In this document: positions 56,449 to 64,000 of the stretch, in pieces
Layout: every line of letters begins with the position of its first letter
Position numbering within the stretch: position 1 is the first letter of the stretch
Notes under the pieces: generated by a model
The model's input: only the letters and a program-made list of their open reading frames with translations
Databases searched by the model: none
What the model was told of the DNA's origin: nothing
Made by a program: the position numbers and the translations under genes
Source of the DNA: Bdellovibrio sp.
Lineage (GTDB): Bacteria; Bdellovibrionota; Bdellovibrionia; Bdellovibrionales; Bdellovibrionaceae
Length of the DNA stretch: 64,000 nt
Assembly (NCBI GenBank): GCA_036676395.1
Contig: JAKFCY010000002.1
Coordinates: 352,001 to 416,000 of the forward strand
Direction: 5' to 3'

Positions 56449-56859
56449 ATGTTAGATCAACGCTTTGCCGCTTCGGTGCATATTATGACTTTGTTAGCTG
56501 CTCATTCAGAAGAGCTGCAGACGTCAGATGTTTTAGCTGGATACATTCGCACAAACCCCACGGTGGTTCGTCGGTTATTAGCTAAAATGGTTGAGGCGAA
56601 ATTGATTGATTCTTTCAAGGGTAAAGCGGGTGGAGTTCGCTTAGCCAAAACCCCGAATCAAATCACTCTTAAAGATATTTACAAAGCAGTAAGTGATGAT
56701 AAAAATTTATTAAACTGCCGTGATGTTGAAGCCCCGAAAGCCTGTAAAGTCAGTTGCTCGATGAAAGAAATTTTCGAAGGCGTGGCCAGTGGCCTAGAAG
56801 CCAATTCTATGGCTTATCTGGCAAAAATTAAGCTCTCTGATATTCTTGCTAAAGTTTAA
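56449..56859 (+). CDS. Rrf2-family transcriptional regulator
   Basis: RF...VHI..LL, TS..LA..I.TNP.VVRR, G..GG..LAK....ITL.DIY. Confidence 0.92.
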   Translation: MLDQRFAASVHIMTLLAAHSEELQTSDVLAGYIRTNPTVVRRLLAKMVEAKLIDSFKGKAGGVRLAKTPNQITLKDIYKAVSDDKNLLNCRDVEAPKACKVSCSMKEIFEGVASGLEANSMAYLAKIKLSDILAKV

Positions 56860-57341
56860 CCTTTTTTTAAAAAATCAAAATCACGATCTAAAACTGTTTT
56901 GCGCCCCTCAGCACGTGCCTGATCTATGGCGCGATCACATAGAACACGTATGTGATCAGATAAAACATCCATAACTGCTGCCGAAGTATTAAATTCAGAG
57001 CGGGCTTGAATATATTCTTTAAGTCGAGAGGCAATAATTAAAACTTCTTGCGGAGTTTGTGATTTGTTTGCAGAAGCAACAGCTGAAACCGTAGATGGCG
57101 GACGAACTAAAACTCTAGAAGAGGCATCGGCAGATTTGGGAGCCATTTTCTCAATGGCACCAGCATCGCGGTGTCTGGCCCCAGGTAAATGAGCATCAAA
57201 ACAAGGAACGCTACAAAACGCAAAACCCGTACGTTCTCCTGTGCAGGTTGAAACGCTACACACGTAATACCGAGCACCGAATGAAATATTTTTTTTACAG
57301 ATCGTGCACTTTTTCCAGGTTGTTGTGTCAGTGGTGTTCAT
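56856..57341 (-). CDS. Bacterial histone-fold protein with N-terminal Cys/His zinc finger
   Basis: CxxC..CxxxxC..CxxxC...H N-terminus; C-terminal LIIASRLKEYI...NTS..VMD.LS.....LCD.A...A..EGRKTVLDRD. Confidence 0.85.
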   Translation of the reverse strand: MNTTDTTTWKKCTICKKNISFGARYYVCSVSTCTGERTGFAFCSVPCFDAHLPGARHRDAGAIEKMAPKSADASSRVLVRPPSTVSAVASANKSQTPQEVLIIASRLKEYIQARSEFNTSAAVMDVLSDHIRVLCDRAIDQARAEGRKTVLDRDFDFLKKG

Positions 57342-57347
57342 TCACAA

Positions 57348-57376
57348 AGGATATCCAGCGTCTCACTCTGAGACAA
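57348..57376 (-). promoter_or_regulatory. Putative sigma70 promoter for a leaderless histone transcript
   Basis: TTGTCT-N17-TATCCT, 6 nt before ATG 57341; no SD. Confidence 0.5.
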
Positions 57377-57526
57377 CTGTAAAATCACTCTACATAAGTG
57401 CATACCCAAAAACGTCATTTTAACTCTGTGTCTAAGAATGACATGCCTATGGCCATCGTATGCGCCTACAGCGTGCCAACTTGGTTTCATAACTGCATTA
57501 CTAACTCGTATAACGAAGGAGCAATT

Positions 57527-58633
57527 ATGAACTTATCATTCACAAAACAAGAAAAGCTGGCTTTAGCAGGTTTACTGGTTTGCTGTATTGGTCTTGCTTC
57601 TTTCATCACTAACTTTCAAATCGTTTCAAAAACTACTGAAGTCGTTGAATCGGTAATCAATTACAAAATGGGTAAAGCAACTGAAGAGATTTCGAAGTAC
57701 TCTTTAGCAGGTCGTGAAATCGATCGCACCGTGATTAAAGCTGAAGAAGGTTTTGTAGCTAAAGTGGCTCGTAAGATTTCACAGGTTATCGCAAAAGTAA
57801 CGACTAAAAAAGACGCTAAAAAAACTGATGCTAAAAAAGCTACTGTTGCAGCTAAGAAATTACCTAACCGTGACTTTGCTAAAGTCGCACCAGCGGCTCC
57901 TAAAGTAAGACCAGCTGCTCCTGTTAAAGATGAATCTGAAGTTGCTATTGATAACTTCAATAACTCTGGCTACAGCGTTGGAGCTCCGACACAGGCACAA
58001 ACTGAAATTCAACCTACAGCTGAAACTCCTAAAAAAGTTAAAAAGACTTTAGAGCAAATCAAAGCTGAATTTATAGCGGCTCCATCTAAAGAAGCAATGA
58101 TGGCTTTAGTGGCTTCATATAAGAAAAATGAAGTTAACGCTGCTGACTTTTACCAATTTCAGTCTGAGTTATTAGAATCACAAAATGAATCATTAGTAGG
58201 ATTCGCATTGTACGGTATGCGCTTAACTCCATCTATTGAAAGCTTCAGCATGATGACTCAATACCAACCCTCTGCGACTCTGGCTTATCAAACTTATATT
58301 GACGAAGCATTGCTAAGCTATAACCAAACTTCTCAAATCCCTGTTTTAAAAACAGTGATTGGTTCTGGTGATAAAGTGGTTGTAATGAAAGCTTTAAAAG
58401 TAGTTGAAGCAGGTATCAACAGCATTAAAAACGGTACCGTATCACAATTAGTTGATAGCCGTGGTCGTCGTGAATCAACATTCTCTAACTTTAGCCTACA
58501 AAGTTATTTAACGTTATTACCAGTGATCACTCAAGCTTTAGCAAATTCACAGGATAACGAATTGTCAGCTTCTTTAGAATTGATTAAAAACTTAATCAAT
58601 GACAACAACACACAAGTTGCTGCAAATCCTTAA
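57527..58633 (+). CDS. Membrane-anchored hypothetical protein with K/A/P-rich linker and helical-repeat C-terminus
   Basis: AAGGAG SD before ATG 57527; N-terminal TM; possible sigma54 site TTGGTTTCATAACTGCA at 57481-57497. Confidence 0.75.
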   Translation: MNLSFTKQEKLALAGLLVCCIGLASFITNFQIVSKTTEVVESVINYKMGKATEEISKYSLAGREIDRTVIKAEEGFVAKVARKISQVIAKVTTKKDAKKTDAKKATVAAKKLPNRDFAKVAPAAPKVRPAAPVKDESEVAIDNFNNSGYSVGAPTQAQTEIQPTAETPKKVKKTLEQIKAEFIAAPSKEAMMALVASYKKNEVNAADFYQFQSELLESQNESLVGFALYGMRLTPSIESFSMMTQYQPSATLAYQTYIDEALLSYNQTSQIPVLKTVIGSGDKVVVMKALKVVEAGINSIKNGTVSQLVDSRGRRESTFSNFSLQSYLTLLPVITQALANSQDNELSASLELIKNLINDNNTQVAANP

Positions 58634-59106
58634 GTCTTAGATTTAGCGATGATGTTGGTGGTAGATTTACCATCAACGAATTGCAAAGATTTAACTTCGC
58701 CGCCGTAACTTTCAACGAAATCCCAACCCACGATTTGATCTTTCTTCCAGTCGCCACCTTTGACTAAAATATCAGGCTTAACTTTTTTGATCAGGTTGAT
58801 CGGCGTTTCTTCGCCGAACAGAACTGTGTGATCGACAGCTTTTAATGAAGCTAAGATTTCGGCGCGGTCGTTTTCGTTTTGAATTGGGCGCGTAGGGCCT
58901 TTTAAAACCTGCACTGAAGCATCGGTGTTAATACCGACGATTAATACATCACCTAAAGACTTTGCTTGTTCTAAATAACGAACATGGCCGATGTGTAATA
59001 AATCAAAACAGCCATTGGTAAATACGATTTTTTTATTAGCTTTTTTTAAGTCCGCGATGGCCTGTTCAAGAGTTTGACCTGAAAGTACTTTTGGTAACGC
59101 GGACAT
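58630..59106 (-). CDS. rfaE2: D-glycero-beta-D-manno-heptose 1-phosphate adenylyltransferase
   Basis: [31 protein letters not shown]. Confidence 0.93.
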   Translation of the reverse strand: MSALPKVLSGQTLEQAIADLKKANKKIVFTNGCFDLLHIGHVRYLEQAKSLGDVLIVGINTDASVQVLKGPTRPIQNENDRAEILASLKAVDHTVLFGEETPINLIKKVKPDILVKGGDWKKDQIVGWDFVESYGGEVKSLQFVDGKSTTNIIAKSKT

Positions 59107-59111
59107 GATAA

Positions 59112-59945
59112 TTATGTTTTCTGTCTTTGAATTTGAGTGCCGGTAACAGCAGCTAAAACATCAAAACGTACGATTAATGAAATGATCGTCATTAATACAA
59201 AACCTGTAGCTACGTTAATCACTGAACGGGCAGCTACACGTAAAACATATGTTGAACTTGCTTGTTGTAATTCGTTACCACAACGTTGATCAAACGCCCA
59301 CTCGCCTGGTGTGCAGCCTAAAAATGCACGGCAAGAAACATAGTAAATAATTTGAATCGCGCCTAATAAGCTAACTGTTGCCCAGTAAATTAAATACTGA
59401 GGATCAGGCTGTGAAAGATTGGCGATAAGATCAACTTTAGTTATCGCAAGCATGGCAATTAAACTTAATAAAAAGAACGCCGAAATTAACATCGTATCTA
59501 AAAAGCCTGCAGAGACTGAAGGAACAGCGGCTTTCCATTCAGGACGACGTGTATTGCGCGCTAGTGCTTCTTCTTGTTGTTTTTTTTGGTTTAAGTTTTT
59601 TAAAATTTCATTCACAGCCGTTTGTGCTTTAGTGATTGAATCATCTTCAATCGTTGGCACATGGATCGATTTACGTTGCTGATGCGCATTTGGAGAGGTG
59701 TGAGTTGGCGTTGCGCGCGGTAATGGAGAATTTAAATTAAAACCCAGCGGGGCCGCCGAGGCAGAAGTCGTTGTCGCCGGTGTTTCAAACGTTAAGTGAG
59801 AACTTTTAAAGTCCACTTTTGGAGTCATCGCTTGAGTTTGATTTTTTGATGTCGTTGAATCCTTGTGAAAACCTAAGCCTGCTGTTAAAGGCTTGAATTC
59901 AAATTCATCAAATGGGTCATTTGCAGTATCAGTCTTCTTTGACAT
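59112..59945 (-). CDS. RDD-family membrane protein with long N-terminal disordered region
   Basis: AGFLD..LI, 3 TM segments, G.TPG.W, R...R. Confidence 0.7.
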   Translation of the reverse strand: MSKKTDTANDPFDEFEFKPLTAGLGFHKDSTTSKNQTQAMTPKVDFKSSHLTFETPATTTSASAAPLGFNLNSPLPRATPTHTSPNAHQQRKSIHVPTIEDDSITKAQTAVNEILKNLNQKKQQEEALARNTRRPEWKAAVPSVSAGFLDTMLISAFFLLSLIAMLAITKVDLIANLSQPDPQYLIYWATVSLLGAIQIIYYVSCRAFLGCTPGEWAFDQRCGNELQQASSTYVLRVAARSVINVATGFVLMTIISLIVRFDVLAAVTGTQIQRQKT

Positions 59946-59973
59946 AAAGTTTCTCTCTCCGTGTCGCAGCTGA

Positions 59974-60747
59974 TTACTTCATCAGCCCGAATTCATACTT
60001 TAGGACAGCGACCAAGGTCAGGCAAGCCGTTTCCACTCGTAAAATTTGTGTTCCTAGGGTCACTGGATGAAGGCCCAGTTTGTGCATTTGTTCGGCCTCG
60101 GTTGTGGAAAAACCACCTTCTGACCCCACTATAATCCAAATATTTTCAGGTAATTGGCTATTAGGTGACAGATATTGTTCGCGTAACGTTTTTATTTCAT
60201 CAGCAATAGGTTTAATTGACTGACCCTCATAAGCAAAAAGACACCAATTTTGGGCGTTTGGGTTAATCGTTTGCAGCATATTCTGCCAGTTGGTGACTTC
60301 GTGGATTTTCATTAATTCGCCGCGGCCGCACTGTTGGGTCGCCGAAACGATGATTTTTTGCCAGCGTTCTTGTTTACCTGCAGGCAATTCTTTTTCTTTG
60401 CGAATAAAACTGTATTGCGAAACGAAAGGCAAAATTGAACTCACACCCATTTCGGTAGCACGTTCAATCGTTGAATCCATCACATTGTATCTTGGAATTG
60501 ATAAAGCTACATGAATATGCGGCTTTGGTAGCGCTTTGATGATTCGCTCTTCAATAATTTCAGCTACGGCATCTTTTTTAGTTACAGATTTAACTTCAAC
60601 TAAGAAAGCTTTTGAGTCTTCAGTGATCACTTCAAAGTGGTGGCCCACTTCTTGTCTGCACACATCAAAGATATGATGGTGCTGATCACCCTTAAAAGTG
60701 ACTTGGTTGTTATAAATTTGATTTTTTTCAATCCAATAACGGCGCAT
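59974..60747 (-). CDS. rsmE: 16S rRNA m3U1498 methyltransferase
   Basis: HHI..V.R, TEMGV, QQCGR, VGSEGGF, LG..ILRVETA. Confidence 0.95.
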   Translation of the reverse strand: MRRYWIEKNQIYNNQVTFKGDQHHHIFDVCRQEVGHHFEVITEDSKAFLVEVKSVTKKDAVAEIIEERIIKALPKPHIHVALSIPRYNVMDSTIERATEMGVSSILPFVSQYSFIRKEKELPAGKQERWQKIIVSATQQCGRGELMKIHEVTNWQNMLQTINPNAQNWCLFAYEGQSIKPIADEIKTLREQYLSPNSQLPENIWIIVGSEGGFSTTEAEQMHKLGLHPVTLGTQILRVETACLTLVAVLKYEFGLMK

Positions 60748-60750
60748 GGA

Positions 60751-61659
60751 TTAGTTTACTCTTTGCACCCAGTAACCAACCCATTCATCTTTTTGAATGC
60801 GTTTAATTACTTTAATTTCAGGTGTAGCTTCAATAAATTTCTCAAAAAATAAATTATCACGTTCTTGCAAAACACCCGTTAAGAATAAATAGCCACCGGG
60901 CTTTACAACACGTATTAAGTCTTTACGTAATTTAATTAATACACCATCAATAATATTTGCGATAACCACATCGAATTGTTCGCGCACTTCTTCTAAAAGT
61001 TGATCGGTGATAACACAATCTTTGGTTTCATTAAGCTCTAAATTTTCGCGGGCTTTTCTGCGGGCTTCAGGATCAATTTCGATTCCAGTAATCATCCCGT
61101 AACCGACGCGCTCTGCAAGAACAGCCAAGATCGCCGTGCCGGTTCCGACATCAAGCACTGTCCAATTTTTAACGACGTCAGGATTTTCTTGCGCTAGCTT
61201 GTGAACAAAATAAGAAGCCATCTTAGTTGTTGCGTGAGTGCCAGTACCAAACGCCATGCCAGGATCAATACGAACTTGTAATTGTACTTCTGGAGGTTTT
61301 TCTAACCATGAAGGAACAACCCAAACAGGGCCCACAAGTTTAAAAGGAACAAATCCTTTTTTCCATTCTTCTAACCAATCTTTTTGGTCTTCAGTGATGG
61401 TCTCGATTTGAATTAAAGGATTTAGGCCTTTAACACTATCAAAGAATTTTTGTTCTGGATTTGCTTCAAAGAAAACATCCACATCTAAAAATCGTTTTGG
61501 AATTAACGATGGGTCGTAGGTTAAGTCGGGTTGAGTAAAACTCAAAGCTTCAGAAAGACCTAAAGCGCCATTGCCAAAAGCAATAACAGATAATTCATCT
61601 TCTTGCGAACGGGGGATATTTGTAAGGCGGATTCGGTAGTATTGAGCAGTCTCTGACAT
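60751..61659 (-). CDS. prmA: Ribosomal protein L11 methyltransferase
   Basis: DW...WK, VVPSW, IDPGMAFGTGTHATT, DVGTGTAILA, ANI. Confidence 0.95.
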   Translation of the reverse strand: MSETAQYYRIRLTNIPRSQEDELSVIAFGNGALGLSEALSFTQPDLTYDPSLIPKRFLDVDVFFEANPEQKFFDSVKGLNPLIQIETITEDQKDWLEEWKKGFVPFKLVGPVWVVPSWLEKPPEVQLQVRIDPGMAFGTGTHATTKMASYFVHKLAQENPDVVKNWTVLDVGTGTAILAVLAERVGYGMITGIEIDPEARRKARENLELNETKDCVITDQLLEEVREQFDVVIANIIDGVLIKLRKDLIRVVKPGGYLFLTGVLQERDNLFFEKFIEATPEIKVIKRIQKDEWVGYWVQRVN

Positions 61660-61696
61660 AGGCGGCTAATGTGCCACGGGCAGAGGTAAAAGGTCA

Positions 61697-62125
61697 CTAT
61701 TTTTTCTTATTATCGATGAAGCTTCCGTCTATGTCGATCTGGTCGCCGATCATAATACCAGTTTGCTCAAGCATTGGCTGATCTTCTCGAGGGGTAAGCT
61801 CAAATAAACGGGCAACGGCTACGCCACCCTCAACCTGAATTATTTTCAATAAGCCCACAGTAGTTTTAAAAGTGCCAATAACCTTTTGTCCTTGGTTTTT
61901 AACCGTGATTTTGCGGGTGGCTTTAACAATGAGGTTCTTTTTTAAGGCCGAGTTTTCAGCGGCATTGAGATAGAAATCTTTATATACCGGATCTGTATCG
62001 GCCATTTGGATATTTCGTCTAACATCGACAACTTCAATTTCTGAAGCAGCAAACGCGCGCGAAGAAAATACGCCGAAAATTACATACGAAACCGCAAATA
62101 AATTTAAAATTTGTATCTTACGCAT
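61697..62125 (-). CDS. Secreted hypothetical beta-rich protein
   Basis: Signal peptide ending AFA; TCCGATAC (sigma28 -10-like) 7 nt upstream. Confidence 0.7.
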   Translation of the reverse strand: MRKIQILNLFAVSYVIFGVFSSRAFAASEIEVVDVRRNIQMADTDPVYKDFYLNAAENSALKKNLIVKATRKITVKNQGQKVIGTFKTTVGLLKIIQVEGGVAVARLFELTPREDQPMLEQTGIMIGDQIDIDGSFIDNKKK

Positions 62126-62222
62126 GTTAACTGTATCGGATTGATTCAGTTAGAACTGTGCAGGACCTTAGGTTTATTAAAGTCCAGTTAATGACACGTC
62201 TTCATTCTGACGATAGGTCAAT

Positions 62223-63200
62223 ATGATTAAAAATATTATTTTACTAATTAGTGGCTTATCAATTTTTGGTTGTACTTTTTTATCTAAGCGCCAGCCGCAG
62301 AACGAAGTATCACGCTGGCATTTTGATAAAACTTTGTATGACGTTAAACATCCTTACTTAGCGAATCCCTTAGTACGTGATGTGCATTTACGTACTGGTT
62401 ATTACACCGAATCTGTAAAGGTGCCGTTCAAGGGCTGTGTGATGTACCTTGAAGGTTTGGCGGATTCAGTCGCAAATCAACAACCTTTGTTTCATCATTT
62501 AAGCGAGAATGGTTATCGTGTCGTGTTTTTTGATTACATGGGCCAAGGCGGTTCAGAAGGTTCAATGAATGATTCGCGCGTGATTGATCCAATTAACAAT
62601 TCATTACAAATTTCGACGCAAGCGCAGTTTGTCTGGAAGCAATATTCGCCAGGCTGTGGCAATAGCAAAAAAATCGTGATCGGGTGGTCTACGGGTGGGC
62701 TGGTTAGTTATAAGCTGGCGCATGAGACTTGGGCTGATGCTGTGATTTTGATTGCACCGGGCATTCACGCGAAAAAATTTGTCGGAGAAGCTGCAGCAGC
62801 GCCGTCAACATTAGTGACGTTTAAGCAAGTGATCAGCGAACGCACATTGACTCGTAATTCGTTTAGTAACGGGCAAAACCCGCATGTCGATCCGATCAAA
62901 CCAGATTCGCCAACAAAGGTTCCGCTATTTGCTGCGAACTTACTTGGCTCATCTATAATTTCGCAAAGCTGGAAGGTTAATGCAAAAGTACAAGGCTTAG
63001 TATTTTTATCGGGTGTTGAAGACACTTATGTCGACCGTGATGCGACCATTAAGACATTAGCGAAAAATGCACCACACTTTCATGTGGTTAGCTATGATGG
63101 TGCTTTGCATGAGATTCAAAACGAAATTCCAGAAGTGGCTTTTGATATGTATCAAAAAACCACTCAGTTTTTAGATCAGATTACTTACTCAGAGAAGTAA
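62223..63200 (+). CDS. Alpha/beta hydrolase lipoprotein (lysophospholipase-like)
   Basis: IFGC lipobox; D..GQG.S, GWSTG nucleophile elbow, D..V, HEI..E. Confidence 0.85.
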   Translation: MIKNIILLISGLSIFGCTFLSKRQPQNEVSRWHFDKTLYDVKHPYLANPLVRDVHLRTGYYTESVKVPFKGCVMYLEGLADSVANQQPLFHHLSENGYRVVFFDYMGQGGSEGSMNDSRVIDPINNSLQISTQAQFVWKQYSPGCGNSKKIVIGWSTGGLVSYKLAHETWADAVILIAPGIHAKKFVGEAAAAPSTLVTFKQVISERTLTRNSFSNGQNPHVDPIKPDSPTKVPLFAANLLGSSIISQSWKVNAKVQGLVFLSGVEDTYVDRDATIKTLAKNAPHFHVVSYDGALHEIQNEIPEVAFDMYQKTTQFLDQITYSEK

Positions 63201-63999
63201 GTCTTTTTAGAAAGCTTTTGCGGCTTCCAGATTCAGTTTTCTTTTTAGAAGGATTACGAACATCGCGACGAGCGTGAACTTCAGTTGGAAGATCAGGCAT
63301 AAAAATACGGTCGCGAGCCGCTTCATTGATGAATTGATATTCGCCAGTTTCAAGCGAACCTAGGCGTAATTTACCAATCGCCACACGTTGTAGTTTCATG
63401 ACATCAAAGCCGATTTTTTTGAACATTTCACGAACTTGATGATTTTTACCTTCAGTGATGACGATTTTGAACCAGTCATATTTGTCTGAAGTTTTAGTTG
63501 TTTTAGATTTTGTCATTTTCAATTTTTCGATGTGTTTGGCGCGCACGCGACCATCTGGAATAGAAACACCTGACAATAGTTTTGCAATTTTATCCGGAGC
63601 CGGCTGGCCGTTTACTTTAACATGGTAAGTTTTAGTAACTTCTTTTTTCGGATGCATAACTTCGTTGGCGAAATCACCATCGTTAGTCACTAATAATAAA
63701 CCTTCAGAGTCCCAGTCAAGACGACCAATCGGGAATACGCGACCTGGAACATCAGCTACATAATCAGCTACAGTCGGGCGGTCTAAGGGATCAAACATTG
63801 AAGTGATCACATTTTTTGGTTTATTAAACATGATGTAAAAAATTTGGTTTTTAGAACGGAGTGGTTTTCCGTCGACGATAATTTTATCTTGGTGCTCATC
63901 AACTTTAACGCCAAGCTCGTACACTTTTTTACCGTTAACAGTCACAAGACCTTCGGCAATTAGTTTATCGGCGCCTCGGCGTGAGGCTAAGCCACGCTC
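63181..63999 (-). CDS. rluB: 23S rRNA pseudouridine synthase RluB-like (5' end lies outside the window)
   Basis: S4 motif SRR.AD..I..G.V.VNG, GRLD.DSEGL, EGKNHQVR; frame open to the window edge. Confidence 0.9.
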   Translation of the reverse strand, partial: ERGLASRRGADKLIAEGLVTVNGKKVYELGVKVDEHQDKIIVDGKPLRSKNQIFYIMFNKPKNVITSMFDPLDRPTVADYVADVPGRVFPIGRLDWDSEGLLLVTNDGDFANEVMHPKKEVTKTYHVKVNGQPAPDKIAKLLSGVSIPDGRVRAKHIEKLKMTKSKTTKTSDKYDWFKIVITEGKNHQVREMFKKIGFDVMKLQRVAIGKLRLGSLETGEYQFINEAARDRIFMPDLPTEVHARRDVRNPSKKKTESGSRKSFLKRLTSLSK

Positions 64000-64000
64000 T

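Noticed and set aside
61661..61676. Sigma54-like TGGCAC-N7-GC upstream of prmA (minus strand)
   Set aside because: The -12 GC lies only 2 nt before the ATG, so the predicted start site would fall inside the gene; the -12 context is also non-consensus
4099..63025. Many 60-160-aa ORFs antisense to or nested in real genes (e.g. 21898-22380, 35374-35712, 40974-41258, 57661-57960)
   Set aside because: Shadows of codon-biased sense genes; no SD, no motifs, implausible composition

Overview
AT-rich bacterial chromosome segment. Gene content points to a Bdellovibrionota (Bdellovibrio/Pseudobdellovibrio-like) predator: three short flagellins with flaG-fliD-fliS, a TIGR02147-type regulator, a MIDAS/vWA lipoprotein and a zinc-finger histone-fold protein. 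This assignment is an inference from gene families. Most of the window is core or housekeeping: menA-like, rsmJ, citrate synthase, ddl, nth, thiBPQ, rsmD-coaD-aspC, pal-cpoB-tsaD-rsmA-smpB, rsmE-prmA and rluB. I saw no tRNA, rRNA or CRISPR array. The most notable unexplained elements are: (1) a ~230-nt standalone structured transcript at 5888-6119, with 13-15 nt of continuous complementarity to the 16S rRNA 3' end, a 15-codon ORF and a four-way junction; (2) a lone HUH/Y1 (IS200/RAYT-like) transposase between flagellin genes, with six oriented copies of a non-palindromic GGCACCGCCC motif, three of them inside its own coding sequence; (3) a TIGR02147 gene divergent from a sigma54-driven secreted protein across a perfect 13-bp inverted repeat; (4) a zinc-finger histone; (5) recurrent and partly helically phased GTC/GAC motifs in promoter regions. 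All calls come from reading motifs by eye; no database searches were run.
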